Source: Pseudovirgaria hyperparasitica
Lineage: Eukaryota
NCBI GenBank assembly: GCA_010093815.1
Contig: ML996573.1
Strand: one strand, 5' to 3'
DNA: 64,000 nucleotides
Made by a program: the position numbers and the translations under genes. Below, piece after piece: positions 23,523 through 37,108 of this stretch (within the stretch, counting starts at the first letter, position 1; each line of letters opens with the position of its first letter). A model generated the notes under the pieces. That model had not been told where the DNA came from. It did not search any database and saw only the letters and a list, made by a program, of their open reading frames with translations.

Positions 23523-24485
23523 ATGAGCGAGACAACACTCAGCTTCGTAACCGTCGACGTCTTTACCCAGACGCGATACAAAGCCGGGAATCCATTACCT
23601 ATCGTCTATCTCCCCGAAAACGCACCTATAACCCAGGAGCGTAAACAGCTTATAGCTCGCGAATTTGCACTGTCGGAGACTGTGTTCCTTCACACGCCAC
23701 CCGCTGCACCGGGCACGTGGAAAATTGACATCTTTACGACTTACCTCGAGCATCCTTTCGCTGGCCATCCGACGATTGGTACTGCAGTCTACGTTCTGAA
23801 GAAGCAGTGGGAGACAAGTGGAACACAGCTCACTCAGGATTCGGGTTCAGAAAACATCAACGGAACGTTTTTAACCAAAGCCGGCCGTATAGAGATTTCG
23901 TATAACCCTTCGAACGGAATCGCACGGGCGGCCATTCCGCAGAAGCACCACATCCACGCCTGGCGATGCCCGCTTCCTTTTCTCTTTGACAAGCAGCGGG
24001 ATCTTGACCCGTCGCATCTCAAAGACCCGTCTGCCGGGCTTCCTGTTGTGTCGATCGTCGATGGCATGACCTTCATCCTAGCCGAACTATCATCTCTCGA
24101 TGCATTGTCTCGGGTCTTGCTACAGCACGGTAACGTTACGTGTACGCTGGACGTAGGCTGGTCACGTCCACAGCGTCCGTTCTACTTCTATGTGCGACTC
24201 TCCGATGGCATGGATGGGATGAAGAGGTTCCGCACACGTCTCTTCATGAAAGACGCCGAGGACCCAGCGACTGGGAGTGCGGCGTGTGCACTGGCAGGAT
24301 ATATCGCCAGGAGCGAGGGCAAAAGAGGGCAGAGTGTAATTGTAAAAGTTGTGCAAGGAGTAGAGATGGGACGAGAGTGTGAGATTGGTGTTGAAGTGAA
24401 GTTGGGAGAAGACGGTGGTGTAGAAGGCGTATGGTTGAGTGGCTCTGCAGTGGATGTCATGAGTGGTCAATTGCCTCTCTGTTAG
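23523..24485 (+). CDS. PhzF / diaminopimelate-epimerase-like family protein
   Basis: VDVFT...GNP, LSETVF (catalytic Glu), PFAGHPTIG, EDPATGSA, QGVEMGR. ATG at 23523. Confidence 0.93.
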   Translation: MSETTLSFVTVDVFTQTRYKAGNPLPIVYLPENAPITQERKQLIAREFALSETVFLHTPPAAPGTWKIDIFTTYLEHPFAGHPTIGTAVYVLKKQWETSGTQLTQDSGSENINGTFLTKAGRIEISYNPSNGIARAAIPQKHHIHAWRCPLPFLFDKQRDLDPSHLKDPSAGLPVVSIVDGMTFILAELSSLDALSRVLLQHGNVTCTLDVGWSRPQRPFYFYVRLSDGMDGMKRFRTRLFMKDAEDPATGSAACALAGYIARSEGKRGQSVIVKVVQGVEMGRECEIGVEVKLGEDGGVEGVWLSGSAVDVMSGQLPLC

Positions 24486-25244
24486 ATCAAGAAAAGACGT
24501 TGAAATCTGTGCACCTGTCGTGAAGCTATGTCCCAGTCTAGCGAGATATAGGTTCCTGATATACCATTTTCATGATAGAGCGGGCGTCATGTGTCTGCTC
24601 TCTCGCGTTGCGCTTTCCAAGCCTTGATCAGCAAACCTGTCCTAGCGTTCTTGTCATCAAGACCTTTGCGAGGTGAGCCTCTTCGTCGACATCTCTGTTA
24701 TCTTTGCTTTATGCACAAATTCCCCCGCCCCTATATTTGAACTCAGCTCGTGCTGTGACCTTTCACCATTTCGCTTTATCAAAGCCTTTGCACAATCGGT
24801 GTTACTCTTTCCACTTGCTACTCGCTCTCGCAACCTAGACTAGCTCCGTAGTAGCTTTATACCTTCGTTCAAACTAGCGACGATCTGTGTTTACACCTGG
24901 TCCGTTATATTCTATTTCCAGTCAGAATTTCCTGAACGAGCGCACATAGCCTTCTCTCTTAGCCAGATTCTCTCGCTCCTAGCAAATCATTGTAGATACC
25001 TGTATGTTATGTGGTATTGTTCGGGACAATGTAAAGCCAATAAACGTTTACATAAACCTAGCATAAGTGTGGGTAAGGGATTCAGGTCTTGTCGAATGAA
25101 GAATCCCGCACTGTAGTATGGTCCACTATGTGAAAGGATAATATTCCCTGAGCCTTGCTAACAAGATAGTGCCGTATGCTTAATAGCGATTCATACTAGG
25201 CAGTATAGTAACTATAACAACTCACTGAACTTCCAAACAATTTT

Positions 25245-27009
25245 CTAGCTTGCAGATGCTGTCAAAGCCTGAGTGACTTTGTCCCACCCATTATCACTCG
25301 CGAAACGGGACACATCAGTCGGACAAACCGTCCCGGGCTCAGGTAGCTGTCCAGAGAGGAAGTAACTCTGGATCGTCTTCGCAGTACAGAGAGAGGCTCC
25401 ACTGAGGAGAGTGGTGTGCTATACAGCGTTAGTACGGCTGCCAAAGCACACAAGTAAACACTCACTCCATAGCTATCGTGCTGCATTACCACACTGCCCT
25501 CGAACGAAGCACTCATATTGCGCGCGGACACCATCGGAGTGATTGGGTCTGCTCGGTTGCCCACGAACAAGATCGGATTCTTCGTCTGCGCCGCGAATGT
25601 CCCCTTATACTGTACTACATCGGCCATAGGCCATTGGGCGCAGTTCGCGTTGATAAAGAGAGTGAGGTCGCCGCCAATCCGACTAGACGCCATGCGGGCT
25701 TCGAAGAACTTGCGAACGTTTGCAAGATCGGAAGTTGGAGGGGACACGATGTCACTGCACCGTATTCCAATCATATGCTCGATAGGTGCATTGCTGATTG
25801 CAGCCTGACCACCATTGCCAACAAAAGATTGTACATACGTGTTCAGTCCTTCACGGTCTTTCCGAACCAGTGCATCGATGAGACTTGCGAGCATAGGCCA
25901 GGTGTTTGAGTAGTAGAGGTAGAAGTAAATAAAGAACTTGACGTTCGTGTAATCGAGAACAAAAGCACCAGCACCCTCGATGAAAAAGGACATGGGATCA
26001 AGCCTTATCTCTTCAATTGATGCATAGATCTGGGACTCAAGCTCGTCGGCAGTAAGATCGCGTGCCGCCGAACACTCTGACTTGTTTTCAACACACGCAG
26101 AACAGAATCCGGATAGAGCCTTATCTGCGTCTGATGGTGCCTCGATGTCGCTATTCGGATTCAGTTTGTGATGATGAAAAGAACCGGTGGTATGTACTTA
26201 CAAGCCTTGCTGGATTTCGTGGCCGTTAATTACACCATCCAATACCATTCGATGGATTCTATCGGGATATGTTGCGGCAAGGATAGAGCCCACGAATGTG
26301 CCATATGAGAAACCTGTTCTGTATTGGTAGATTGCATATACTTGGTCAAATCACACTTACCCCAGAACCTCAACATACCATCCTCATCAAGCGCATCAAC
26401 TACACCCATAATATCCCTCGCCGTGGTCGCTGACCCTATGAATCTGCCTGTCTGATTCTGGTGTCTCTCACACGTCTTAGCGAAACCTGCCGCATTCGCC
26501 CAGATATCCCCCAACGCAACGTCTGTTGCACCTCCGGCAAGAATACGCCTCACCAGCGCATCGCTGTCGCGGGCTACTGTACTTTCATAGCACTCGAACA
26601 GCAATGATCCATCTACTGTTCCACGAGGGACGACGAGGATAAGATCATGATTTTGACCTGCAATTGCCTGTAGACGCTGTCCATATGCGGCAAAATATGT
26701 ATATCCGGGTTCACCTGGGCCGCCAAAGTTGAAGAGAATGCTGCCCTGTGACGGCTTACTAAGTGAAGGGATCTTAACGAGGCGAAGGTCAACAGTTGAG
26801 CGAGATGGATCGGTGTAGTCCAGAGGTGCAGTTATCGTGCCGCATTGAGTTGATACCTGTTGCTCGGGGGGTATTGTAGCGCTTTCGTTCAAGCTGCACG
26901 GTTTCCACTGGATTGGAGTGGTAGGTATACTAGATGCATCGTTGTATAGCGCGAGAACCACGCAGATGATAGCTGTTAGGATGGCCAGAAGGGTTTGTAC
27001 TGCAGTCAT
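25245..27009 (-). CDS. Secreted alpha/beta hydrolase, TAP-like (peptidase S33), 4 exons
   Basis: Signal peptide; CG.I.APLDY; NFGGPG; W-G|F-S-Y-G nucleophile elbow across an intron (~26360-26314); LDGV; DPITP; YG|H across an intron (~25465-25420); stop TAG at 25245-25247. Confidence 0.9.
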
Positions 27010-30000
27010 GGTCGTGGTGTTACACAGTCAATGGGATGCCGCCGGGATTTGAGAGAATGTTGAGCATGTGGTCCAGATAGGAGTGAACCGAAGATGCTCT
27101 TAGTAATGCAACGTTCCAAACGAGGCGCATGTGTTGCCTTTTCATCACTGTAGTGAAACATTGTTAGCCTATACAGCTTGATTGCTAATCCTCTAGCATT
27201 CTTGTTGCGAGTAGTACGAGGAATGTACAAGCTTGGGGTCACGCTTTGTGTATTCGTGGCCATCGCGATGTGACAATGATGGTAAAAGGGGTGTGCCGAG
27301 TTCGGTATAGCTGGAGCAGCTCAAGATGCAGATCTACACGCCAGGATCAAGCCGGTCCGATGATAGGGATGAAGCCGAGCAACGGGACCTGATGAGATAC
27401 TTCATTCGGAAATATGGGGCGATAGTCATAGCATTTCCAGGTCCCCGAAGTCTCCGATTCCTTTTTTGCGTATTTCTTTGGCGATTGGAGATGGGAACCT
27501 CTACTCTTACGATTGTAATGTCTGCTGCCAGTGCTGAACATACAGATAAAGTCGGAAGAAAGCCCAAGACTTCCCTCTTCGCACTTCTCTGAGTTCTCCC
27601 CATTATGGACCTGTCTCTGTGTGTCTGTTAGCGAAGTTTGGCAGGTGCCGGTGCGTACAAAATCGCAATGTACTTAAGGATCCGCCGGCTAGTGCTAGAC
27701 TGCACTTGTGACAAGCGATTTGATCAATGCGATTTGATCAGTATCAATAAAGCACTTAAACAAACAAGTAAAAGTGCTCTACTGCATGCTCTGCAGTAAC
27801 GGTCTCTTGTATGCATGGCAAAATAATCTCGGCTTTGGATCAAGGGTCGGCCTCACTTGCACAAGGCTATTGGCATTATGACATGTAATACCACACAAAC
27901 TGTGACTTCTCACATGTACTAAACACCTCGCTGGTATCTGCTAAAGTCGTGCCCAACTTTCCTATGTGGGTGTATACATTTCATCAACTAGAGCTTAATT
28001 GTGGTTGTGGTGAAGTCAGAAATCGAGAGGGAATCTGGTTCTGGATTCGGTTGTAATGTACTTCATTTCATCGCCTCAGTATCCGGTTAATGAGCATCAG
28101 AGGAAGTTACTAAACCTTTCAGAGTTGAGCCTGCATAGTGTATGCGGTAGACGTAGATTTGGGGCTATATGACGAGATATTGTAAAGACCGTCATAGACT
28201 AACTAACCATATTTCTCGTATATCGTCATGTTATCGAGATCCAGCTTAATTAACAGAAGGTTAGTATAGTAGAAACTCTCCAGTCAAAAATGCAACAAAG
28301 ACTCTTTGAGATCATGAATCGAAACGCAATATGACGCTACGAGACGTAGTAGGTACATCGTTTCTAGTACTCTATGTATACGAAAGGACAACAATATTGT
28401 AGCCGCAACAAACGTCCCGTCATCCTTACGCACTTCTGTTTGGGATGATACCATATGCTTTCATTAGAGGAATTTGCACACATGAGCCGGCGTCGTGCAT
28501 TAGTATCAGCAATTGCACGGAGCAACAAGACGTAGAACAGAATGAGGCATTGTAATAGTTATGCTACAGGACCAACATAAGGGCTATGTCACACATGTAT
28601 AAGTAACTAACGCATGGAATACACCGTTTTCTGTGCTATGCTCGAAGATCGCATTACATGCACTGCGGATGAAGAGCTCTCCGCTTCACTATCACATCAC
28701 AGTGCTTCGGCTGAAAGACTCACCAGTTTTGGGTCCACAGGTCTTCAACGCCCTGCAGTTCGAGATCAAACTCACATAAGATAATAGGGAGAAGCTTACG
28801 CATCTCCAAGTCGCTCCTACACAGACGTGTCGGCCACAGATTGTCGCACCATCCCAAGGCACAACACGCCATATAGAAAGACGTACAGTTGGATGTATGC
28901 GATGAATGTCTCCTTGATGTAAGCCTGCAGCTATGTAAAGTCCTGCATATGTATGAGATGTACCATTATTCTCTCAGCAGACCATCTTCCATGGCAGCTT
29001 TTAATACTCCTGACGGAGTAGTAAGAGGAAATGGGGGTTTAAGGAGATGATACAGACAACTACTGAATGAACAGGCTGTGGTGTTGCTACCAGCCATGAT
29101 GGGCTGCGCACTCATTAGCCGCGTTTCTTCTCCATGATGGCCTCTTTAGCGTTCATGCTTGTTCGCAGTTCTTAGATTCTTGAAGGTGCTATTACATGAC
29201 TTTTTGAGATTGAGCTTGCTACGTTGAATACTGCTTCCCGGGGTGTCGCAAGGAAGCGAATGTTTGCCCAAATCCGAAAATAGCGTACCATTTTTTCTTC
29301 CACATTAAACATATTCACAATGGCACGCTATGTCTTCTTACTCGAAACAACTACGGAAAATAGTCTGGACATATCACAGCCGAGTATGACGAGTCCAGAC
29401 GGGATCAAGAAGACCATTTTAGTTGTGCTGCTTGAAATAGTGTAGAGAGTCTGCGAAAGTCGAAGACAAACCACGATGAGCGGTCCGTCAAGGAAGTCTT
29501 ATAGCACTTCGAAGTTGCACGAAGTTGTATGGCCAGAAAGATTGTTCAAGACGCGCCGTCTGCGAGATAGCATCGTGGAATGAGCAACGGTTTCATCTGT
29601 AAGGGGAAAAAACCAGGTCGGCTATCGATAAGTCCACGTCCTAGTGAGCTATTTCTTAGGTTAAACTGTTGTTTATTATACCTCCCGATGTGCTTAAAAC
29701 GGGACTGTGTACATATTCCGTAATTACTGCTAAGGTTTCGTGGGGTGGTGGTAATTAGTGATGGCGAAAACGGGACCGTGGCCCCGGATGCGAAAAGGCT
29801 TAGTGCTCAACCCCTTCCGTAAATCATGGATCCGTTGCGGGTGGAGGTGTGGACTCGACCGCTTTCGTCGACGGCAACGCGTGTTAAGGAGTGGAGTATT
29901 GTCCAATTTAGTGATCAGCATGTTGTGGGGACATTGGAACTTTTAGACGTGTAGATCACTGCTGACTACATTCGGTAGTTAGGTGGAGCGTGGAGCGAAA

Positions 30001-30814
30001 GCGAACACGAACAGTGCATATGCTCCTTGATAAAATCCAAGATTAAACGCAACCGGCAAGCAGGGATGGTGATGGACAGACACATCGTGCACATCATGGT
30101 GGGAAAATCTTCATCTCTCTCAGGCCCAGCGTTGGGTGCTAGCCAGGCCCTAATTGACCACTTACATATGTCTTGAGTCAGCATTGCCAACACGGCGCTG
30201 TGCAACATGGACGAATAGAAAAGTAGATGTGCCGTATGCGTGGCTGATGTTGATCTGGAGCGGCGGCATGGTTGCGCTCGTGGTGTATTGTCAAGATTCG
30301 TAGTTTCGCGCTTTGACTGCGGGGACCTTGTCCGAAGGTGTTCAGGGTCCATCCTCGTTGACTGCTAGGAAAGACGTATTGATGAGGTGAGCGCAAGTAA
30401 TGGCTTCAAGAATGGAAAAGTACACTCAAAAAGAATGAAATAGATCATTGACTGTAATCATATATTTTATGTATGTATATATCGAGGAGACATTACTCTT
30501 ATGGCGGTTCCTCTCATTACAATCGGAGGTTCTAGGCCATTCATCGCTGTACATATCGTGAGCCAAGTAAAAACTTTGTGGCAGAGAGTTCGCCTGTAAA
30601 ATGGGTAAGCCTCGCCAGATACCATCAACCATCGGTGGTACATTTTGATCGCTCGCGCAGTATATTGCCCAAAATGGAGAGAAAGAAAGAAGGCGTGTGG
30701 TAGCCTTGGTGAGCGTCCGAAGGCGCATAGTCCGTGATTACAATCCAGAACGCCATGCTTGCTATGTCAACAAAGGAGATTCCGTGCCAAGTGTCCTGTG
30801 ATACATCCGCCTCA

Positions 30815-32908
30815 TTATATGCCGTAATATGAGTATGTCGAGTTTGCTCCTGACAACCCGACAATTTCTCTAGCGATGCTATTGATTTCCGCTTCATCGT
30901 CGTCATTTTCCTCGTCGATGTTGTTGAAATTTCTCAAGAAGTTTAGTACGTAGTGTTTTCTGCTTCGTCGTGCGAGCTCAAGCGAGCTCACTACTTGCCG
31001 CGACCCATTCGCTTTCATGGGTCCCCAACCAACGATCCAATCCTGTTTCCAGCCGTTTTCCAGCAATATCTTTACAATCTCTACATCGTCGATTTCGATG
31101 GCGAGACCGAGGGGAGTGACATCTAGATTACGGCCGATGACAACGTGATCATCAGTCGATTGCTTCACCCCTACGCTGAGGAGGATATTAAGTGCTGAAA
31201 GGTTGCGTCCGGCAATGGCTCGGAGGAGAGGTGTCGTTAGAGTATATTGTGTGTGCATGTATGTCGAGTCATTCTCAGTGTGTTCAACGATGTGGGGATC
31301 AGCACCATTGCAAAGAAGAAGTCCAAGGAGTTCGACCGAGACCATGGGACAGTGAAGATGATTGTGGTCAGAGATACATGATATTGGATCTGGTGTCGAT
31401 GTGGCGTCGGTAGGAAAGGAGGTGAAGATGGAATCAGGGCCGGATGTAGACGCAAGCTTCTTCTTCTCTGCTGCAGAGTAAGATGTTTTGATGCCGTATT
31501 CCAGAAGGAGCTGGACACCAGAGATAAAGCCGAAGCTGGTAAATAGAGATATGGCAGTATATTTGTAGCAGTGCACCGATATCCGTTGGTTCTCGAAGAC
31601 GAAGGTCTGGTTGTTCCTTGTGTCGCCGTGTCGTGTTGTGCGAGCACGTGATACCACGAAGGTATGGTGAACGACTTGGTCCTTGTTGAAATCGTCGCAG
31701 CTCACCAGGAATCTCAGTAGACGATCGCGTTCCCTGGAGTTTGGTAAAATGGCCAACGCATGGTAGCATGAACGGTCGCTAACAATATGTTTACCACCTT
31801 CTTCGGGCATGTCTTGAATGATCTTCTCCCAATCCGTCATTTTTCGAGTTTCTAGACTTGCGCCATAGTTTCGGAGTAAACGAATAGCCATGTCTACCTG
31901 GGCGGCATAGCACGCTTCGAGGAAAGCAGCATCAATCGACTCCTGGTCAACTCCACAATCAGCATGCACCAAGTAATCAATTATGGCCGTGTGGCCATCT
32001 ACTGCAGCACACGATAGAGCATCGCGATACCTGGTAGGCGATTGTGGGACGGGTGTAGCGCGGGCACCTAGTGTGACGAGAGAGGCGACTAGCGAGATGT
32101 TTCCGGAGTGAGCTGCTTGCTGAAGTGCGATACCTAACGTGGCTGGTGAGTAGGTGGACTTCTTACGCTCTGAATCGCGGCGGAATAGGCACGAGAAGCT
32201 CCTGCGCGGGAGGAGGGGGAACCTGGATTTTATGGATTTAGTGGACCGAAGGGACGCAGATAGTGAAGGCTTCTTTGGTAGTAGGTCTTGGGAAAGATCG
32301 TGCAGTAAGGTCTGTGCAACAGCATGGCCAGTGGTGGTAGGAGGGAGCGGTGTGGGTTGAGTGATGATTGGAGAGATGTGGTGGTGGTGGTGGTGGTCGT
32401 CGTGGCCATCGAGTTCGGCATTCTCAAATAAGGGAGCCAAAGATTGGGGAGTATGGGTTTTGGAGCGTGTCGGTGGACGGAGGGTGTATTTGAGCTTCTC
32501 AGTGGGTGTTGACAGCTCGTGGACGGAGTGTGTAGCTTTAGTATAGACATGACCGGAGCTGTGGACTGACTCTAAGCCTTGAGCAGGTTCGACATATTGC
32601 AGGCCATCTGGGACTTGGATGGTGTTTTCGGATTCAGTTGGTATCAGGCCGTCGTCAAGGATCCGGGGAAGCTTCTCAGAGTCGTATTTGACGGGGTTTG
32701 TTCCGTTGGCAGTCTTGATGCCTCCATAGCCGCCATAAAAGGTCATGTATTCGGTGAAGCCATCGGAATATCCATTGCAGTCACTCAGTCGCGGATTCTT
32801 CGCAATGGAGCTTGGTCTTGTAGGTATGTTCAGACCATGGCCCGGGAGCTCGGGAAGCTCCTCGTGCAATGAGGGAGGAAGCTCGAGGGAGGAGATTTCA
32901 AGAGTCAT
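30815..32908 (-). CDS. Ankyrin-repeat protein (697 aa) with disordered His-tract N-terminus
   Basis: ALQQAAHSGNISLVASLVTLGA, ALSCAAVDGHTAIIDYLV, TPLLRAIAGRNLSALNILLSVG, TPLGLAIEIDDVEIVKILLENG. Confidence 0.85.
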   Translation of the reverse strand: MTLEISSLELPPSLHEELPELPGHGLNIPTRPSSIAKNPRLSDCNGYSDGFTEYMTFYGGYGGIKTANGTNPVKYDSEKLPRILDDGLIPTESENTIQVPDGLQYVEPAQGLESVHSSGHVYTKATHSVHELSTPTEKLKYTLRPPTRSKTHTPQSLAPLFENAELDGHDDHHHHHHISPIITQPTPLPPTTTGHAVAQTLLHDLSQDLLPKKPSLSASLRSTKSIKSRFPLLPRRSFSCLFRRDSERKKSTYSPATLGIALQQAAHSGNISLVASLVTLGARATPVPQSPTRYRDALSCAAVDGHTAIIDYLVHADCGVDQESIDAAFLEACYAAQVDMAIRLLRNYGASLETRKMTDWEKIIQDMPEEGGKHIVSDRSCYHALAILPNSRERDRLLRFLVSCDDFNKDQVVHHTFVVSRARTTRHGDTRNNQTFVFENQRISVHCYKYTAISLFTSFGFISGVQLLLEYGIKTSYSAAEKKKLASTSGPDSIFTSFPTDATSTPDPISCISDHNHLHCPMVSVELLGLLLCNGADPHIVEHTENDSTYMHTQYTLTTPLLRAIAGRNLSALNILLSVGVKQSTDDHVVIGRNLDVTPLGLAIEIDDVEIVKILLENGWKQDWIVGWGPMKANGSRQVVSSLELARRSRKHYVLNFLRNFNNIDEENDDDEAEINSIAREIVGLSGANSTYSYYGI

Positions 32909-33359
32909 GGCAGCGAGCAGAGCAGAACATCTTCAGTACAGCGATCTTGATGTGTGTGGGCGAGTAGTCGTGAGCGACGAGGATGCGATGCGAAGTGAGA
33001 GAGCGAGTGGTAAGAGGACCGGTCAAGCGAAAGTAGGTGAGAAGGAAAGAGATTGAGGGCGAAAGTGGAGGCCGAAATGGATAAGCTGGAGAGCTGTTAG
33101 AGAGAGAGTGTGACAGGGCTTGAAGGGAACCCTAATGTAGCGTAGGTACCTTGGGAGTGTATTAACGTTGCGGGGGCGTGTGCGTGTGCGGCGCTGGAGG
33201 GAGGTATACTGTACTGAAGTAGCCAGTAATAGACAGCGAGTGATGATGATGGCCAGCCAGATAGAGCGTGGTAGAGCAAGCGGACGTTAATGCAGGTGGA
33301 AGAGACGGAGAACAGGTAACAGACAGCTAGGTGGTGGGTGTGTGTAGTCAGTGTACTTA

Positions 33360-33375
33360 GTGTGTGTGTGTGTGT
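33360..33375. repeat. (GT)n microsatellite
   Basis: GTGTGTGTGTGTGTGT. A (CT)n run also occurs at ~33715-33730. Confidence 0.7.
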
Positions 33376-36300
33376 ACACTATGTAGATAGTCACGGTATG
33401 TAAAAAGTCTAGGGTGTAGGTAGCGGCCGGGGGGGGGCAGGCCAGGACTCCAGGACGCCAGGACGCCAGCTGTAGGCTACTAAACGGGTAGCGCTAAGTA
33501 ATGTACCCACTCGGGGCTGGTTGGAGCCCCCAGCTGCCCCCGGCTGCCCCCGACTGTCCCCAGCTATTATCCATTCCCCCTCAAAGCTCGCTGCCCAGTT
33601 GCCGCTAATGTTAGTGCTGGGGCCTGGCGGGACTCGGGAGCGACACTGTTGAAACCTTGACAAGGAATAATCATGGGCGGATCGTCCGCACGTACTCTAA
33701 ATAATATCTATCTATCTCTCTCTCTCTCTTCTCCCCCAGCGCTCGCACCAACTCTCGCTAATGACCTCCATGTACGGAGTAGAATCAGTGTGATTCAGCG
33801 AGAAATGGCCTGCCGAACGATGATGGAATACAGTCAGTCCACACAAAGAATTGCTAGCTCTACCACAGACCCGGCTACCGTCATGGCCGCGCTGTCGTCG
33901 TCAGGACTAGGACCGACAGGAGTAACAACAGCGGCAGCGGACAAAGAGAAAGCGAGGGATCAACAGATCAAAAACTAACGGCGCATCTGGAGGATTTCCA
34001 AACTCCATCAATCCCTAGGGGCCGTGGTCCTGTCCGCCAGTAGGAGTATTCTCTGACGAGCGGTCCCGGCAGATATGTAACGATATCTTGGCCATACGTA
34101 TTCAATGTATTTTTTCCGGACTAAGCGTCTCTAGGCGGAGAACACGCTCTTGGATGCTGTTATATTCCTCCTATCTACAGTCTAGACTCTACTCGTAAAC
34201 TTACTAATGCTCACCAAAATCTTACAGATGGTATCTATGTAACCGTTGGAAGTTTTGGACTGGACCTCAGAGACGTCATCTCGCAGCCAAGGAACAGGGC
34301 ATGTCCTAGAGAGCGCCTATACACACACTTCATTGTTGGTCATGCTGTTGGAAGCAACGGCAATGATGGACCATGAAGGGGCTGAAGGTTGGCTGTAGCA
34401 ATCTGCTCTCCTCGAGAGACCGAAACACGCACCCATAACACATAATGATGAATGCGCGCGTACTCGTGCAACCGATCTGACGCAGCAGACAGACAGACCC
34501 GTAGATGCAGGGCAAGGTATCAACAACACAAACTGCCTCATAGAGCCGTTGCGCCGCTGCGTCCTGACTCCTCGGCAGGTCGCGTCGCATTCTCCTCTTC
34601 ATCCCTCCATCGATCCATCCAATCCACATCCTTCTCCCCTTCTCGCCTCATTCAAGTAGCTGCAGCAGACTGTGACGCCGAACGCTGTCGGCCGGGCAAG
34701 CTGATCAGTTTCACCGGCACAATGACCGCTGCCGCTGCAGTGTGCGCGTATCTTCAATGCTGCTCGCGGATCGCCTTCTGCTGCTTCTGCGAACATTTCG
34801 GCGCTTCCATTCAGGCCCCCAAGGAGGAAATGAGAGCCAATTCTACGACGCGCGCATGTGGTTTTCAGGTCAACTGTGGGCTTCGGATCAATCAGGCCGA
34901 AATGGCCCAGGCTCCTTTCAGGTGTTCCCGTCTAAGGTTGAATGGCCCGAGAGCGCAACGCCTCCGCCATTTACCCTTTCCGGATGAGAACATGACCAAC
35001 CACAGCAGAACTGGCTTGATGGAACAGACAGACCCCAAATGGAATTAATTATGCATCTGCCGGGCCGCTTGTGCTTTTTCCTCATGGACAAGGGTTCCAC
35101 GGATTATACTTCCCCATCCTGTCTCTCTCCCCCTCTATCATCCATCTCCATTCATCTCCCCATGGCAAACTCTGTCCCGCCGTCTACCATTCACTCATCG
35201 GTGTCATACCGTTCAACAACACGATTGATCAATTCGGGCATGTAAAATGGTCTTCGCACTTCCTGTTACCCTCCGCAAAGGAGGACGTTGTGTCACTCAC
35301 GTTCAATGATGATACCCGGCTTCTTCCAACTCCAGCATGTTCGTGCATGCACCCAGTTCGCCATAGACGCCCTGTTACACCCGCGCACGCAGCAGCAGTC
35401 CCAGACTTTTATGGCCACCAGTCACTCTACTATTTGATATCAATCCCTGCTCTATCCAGTATAGGTGCAGTCATCCAACGCTGAACACATCATCCGAGAG
35501 ACTGCTTTCCTCCAATCCAGCTGTGCGGATTCAGCCGCCTGCAATCTCCACGCGTTGGGGCCCAGAATAATGAGGATGTGCAGCCGTCGCAAACCTTGCC
35601 GGCTCTGCTTGTCCCTGGACCCGCTTGACCGTTCACCGTTCGCGTTGTTCTCACGACCTTCCACTGCGTTTCGTGGATCGCATTGTGGTCCTTGCCCCCC
35701 TGTCCAGGTCCAGGCACCGTCTTGGCTTTCTCAACTGTCCAGAATGAGGCCCTCTTCGAACCACCAGGAGCACTCTCTGGCTTCGCTTCGGCTCGCTTCT
35801 CGTACAAGGCTGACGAGCTCCCATTGCGCACTGTTCTGGTGCTGTTCTTCGCTTCTGCGACCTGAACTACTCTGCCCAGCCCTCGCACTATTCTCTACTG
35901 AAATTGAACTCAAGTTCCATCGAGCAGAGTTTAAGACTACTCTCTCAGCCAGCATGTGCCAGGCCCGGTATCTGCCGGCTCAGTCCATGATAAGCTAGCT
36001 TATCTGCCTTGTCGCCTGATCCATGTCCCTGTCCTTGTCCTTGTCCTCAACTCTCATCTGGTCTCCTGAATTCCACCACTCCAGAGAGGGAGTTCTAGTC
36101 CATCTGTTGTAGCCAACTCTGTGATGAAGGTAATGGAAGCAGCATACAGTACTGTCCATCCCACACATCCTGACACATCAATCCCAAACACCGTCGATCC
36201 CATGTTTCATCCCCTCATTGACGTCTAACCATCTCCAACTCGAGTTCCCATCATCCCTCTTCTGTTTAATGATCCTTCTGGCCAGAACAAACATGCCCGA

Positions 36301-37108
36301 GTCGCGCCATGCTTCTTGTCCTGCCCTGAATCGCATCTGCCGGCCGAAGCCTCTGCTGATTGATATATTTAGCCCTTGGCAGGCTATAAAGAAATTTGTT
36401 TGCTACTTCTGGTCCTCTGCGTCTCCACCCACTTACTGCATCTGGCCACTCGCTCCTTCTCTGCATGCACTCGATCATGCAATGTTGCTATTCCCGTCTT
36501 CCCCTTGTCAGGCACGTCTGCTGAATGTGGGGTCACTTAGTAAGTTGGTATTGTGATGTTTGATGCAGCCTGAGGTTGGTTGGTCGGTGCTCGAGTCCTG
36601 GTGGAGCAAGCCATATGCAAAGGTGTTGCACTCTTCTACAACACTACAATACACAAAACAATAGTCTGGTCCTAGAGACATTCTCGTAATATGGACCCTC
36701 TAGTATCCCTAGCCACTGCAATCTAACGTGCGCAATTGTAAAAGCTATGTTGGCGTGTTTTCCTAAACTATCTACCATACTCTTACATCCTCCATTGTCT
36801 TAACATACTCGCACGTCTGTATACACGCTACTTTGCCAATAATGTGCTTCATTTCTCTAGACTCGACCCACAATCACGTTTCCATGCATTGTTTTTCGAA
36901 ACACTACCACGAACTATCACATTCTTGACATCAAAAAAACGCATTAACATGCCCTTCAAGTACGTCCTGATAGCGTCATCTCACCTGACACTCGTATCAT
37001 CAACATCATCATCGCATGCGCATACATATCACAAACCTGTTCACCAATGCATTTTACATGACAAAGATATTCGTCCTATTTGAGGCACTCGCGTGACACA
37101 TCACGAAA

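Noticed and set aside
27300..30750. Short ORFs and weak LDNTP similarity at ~29900 and ~30290
   Set aside because: No recognisable domain or consistent splice pattern, and the similarity is too short to be significant.
33409..36556. Many 60-200 aa ORFs on both strands
   Set aside because: They overlap, often have non-ATG starts and an atypical Cys/Arg/Ser-rich composition, as expected by chance in GC-balanced intergenic DNA.
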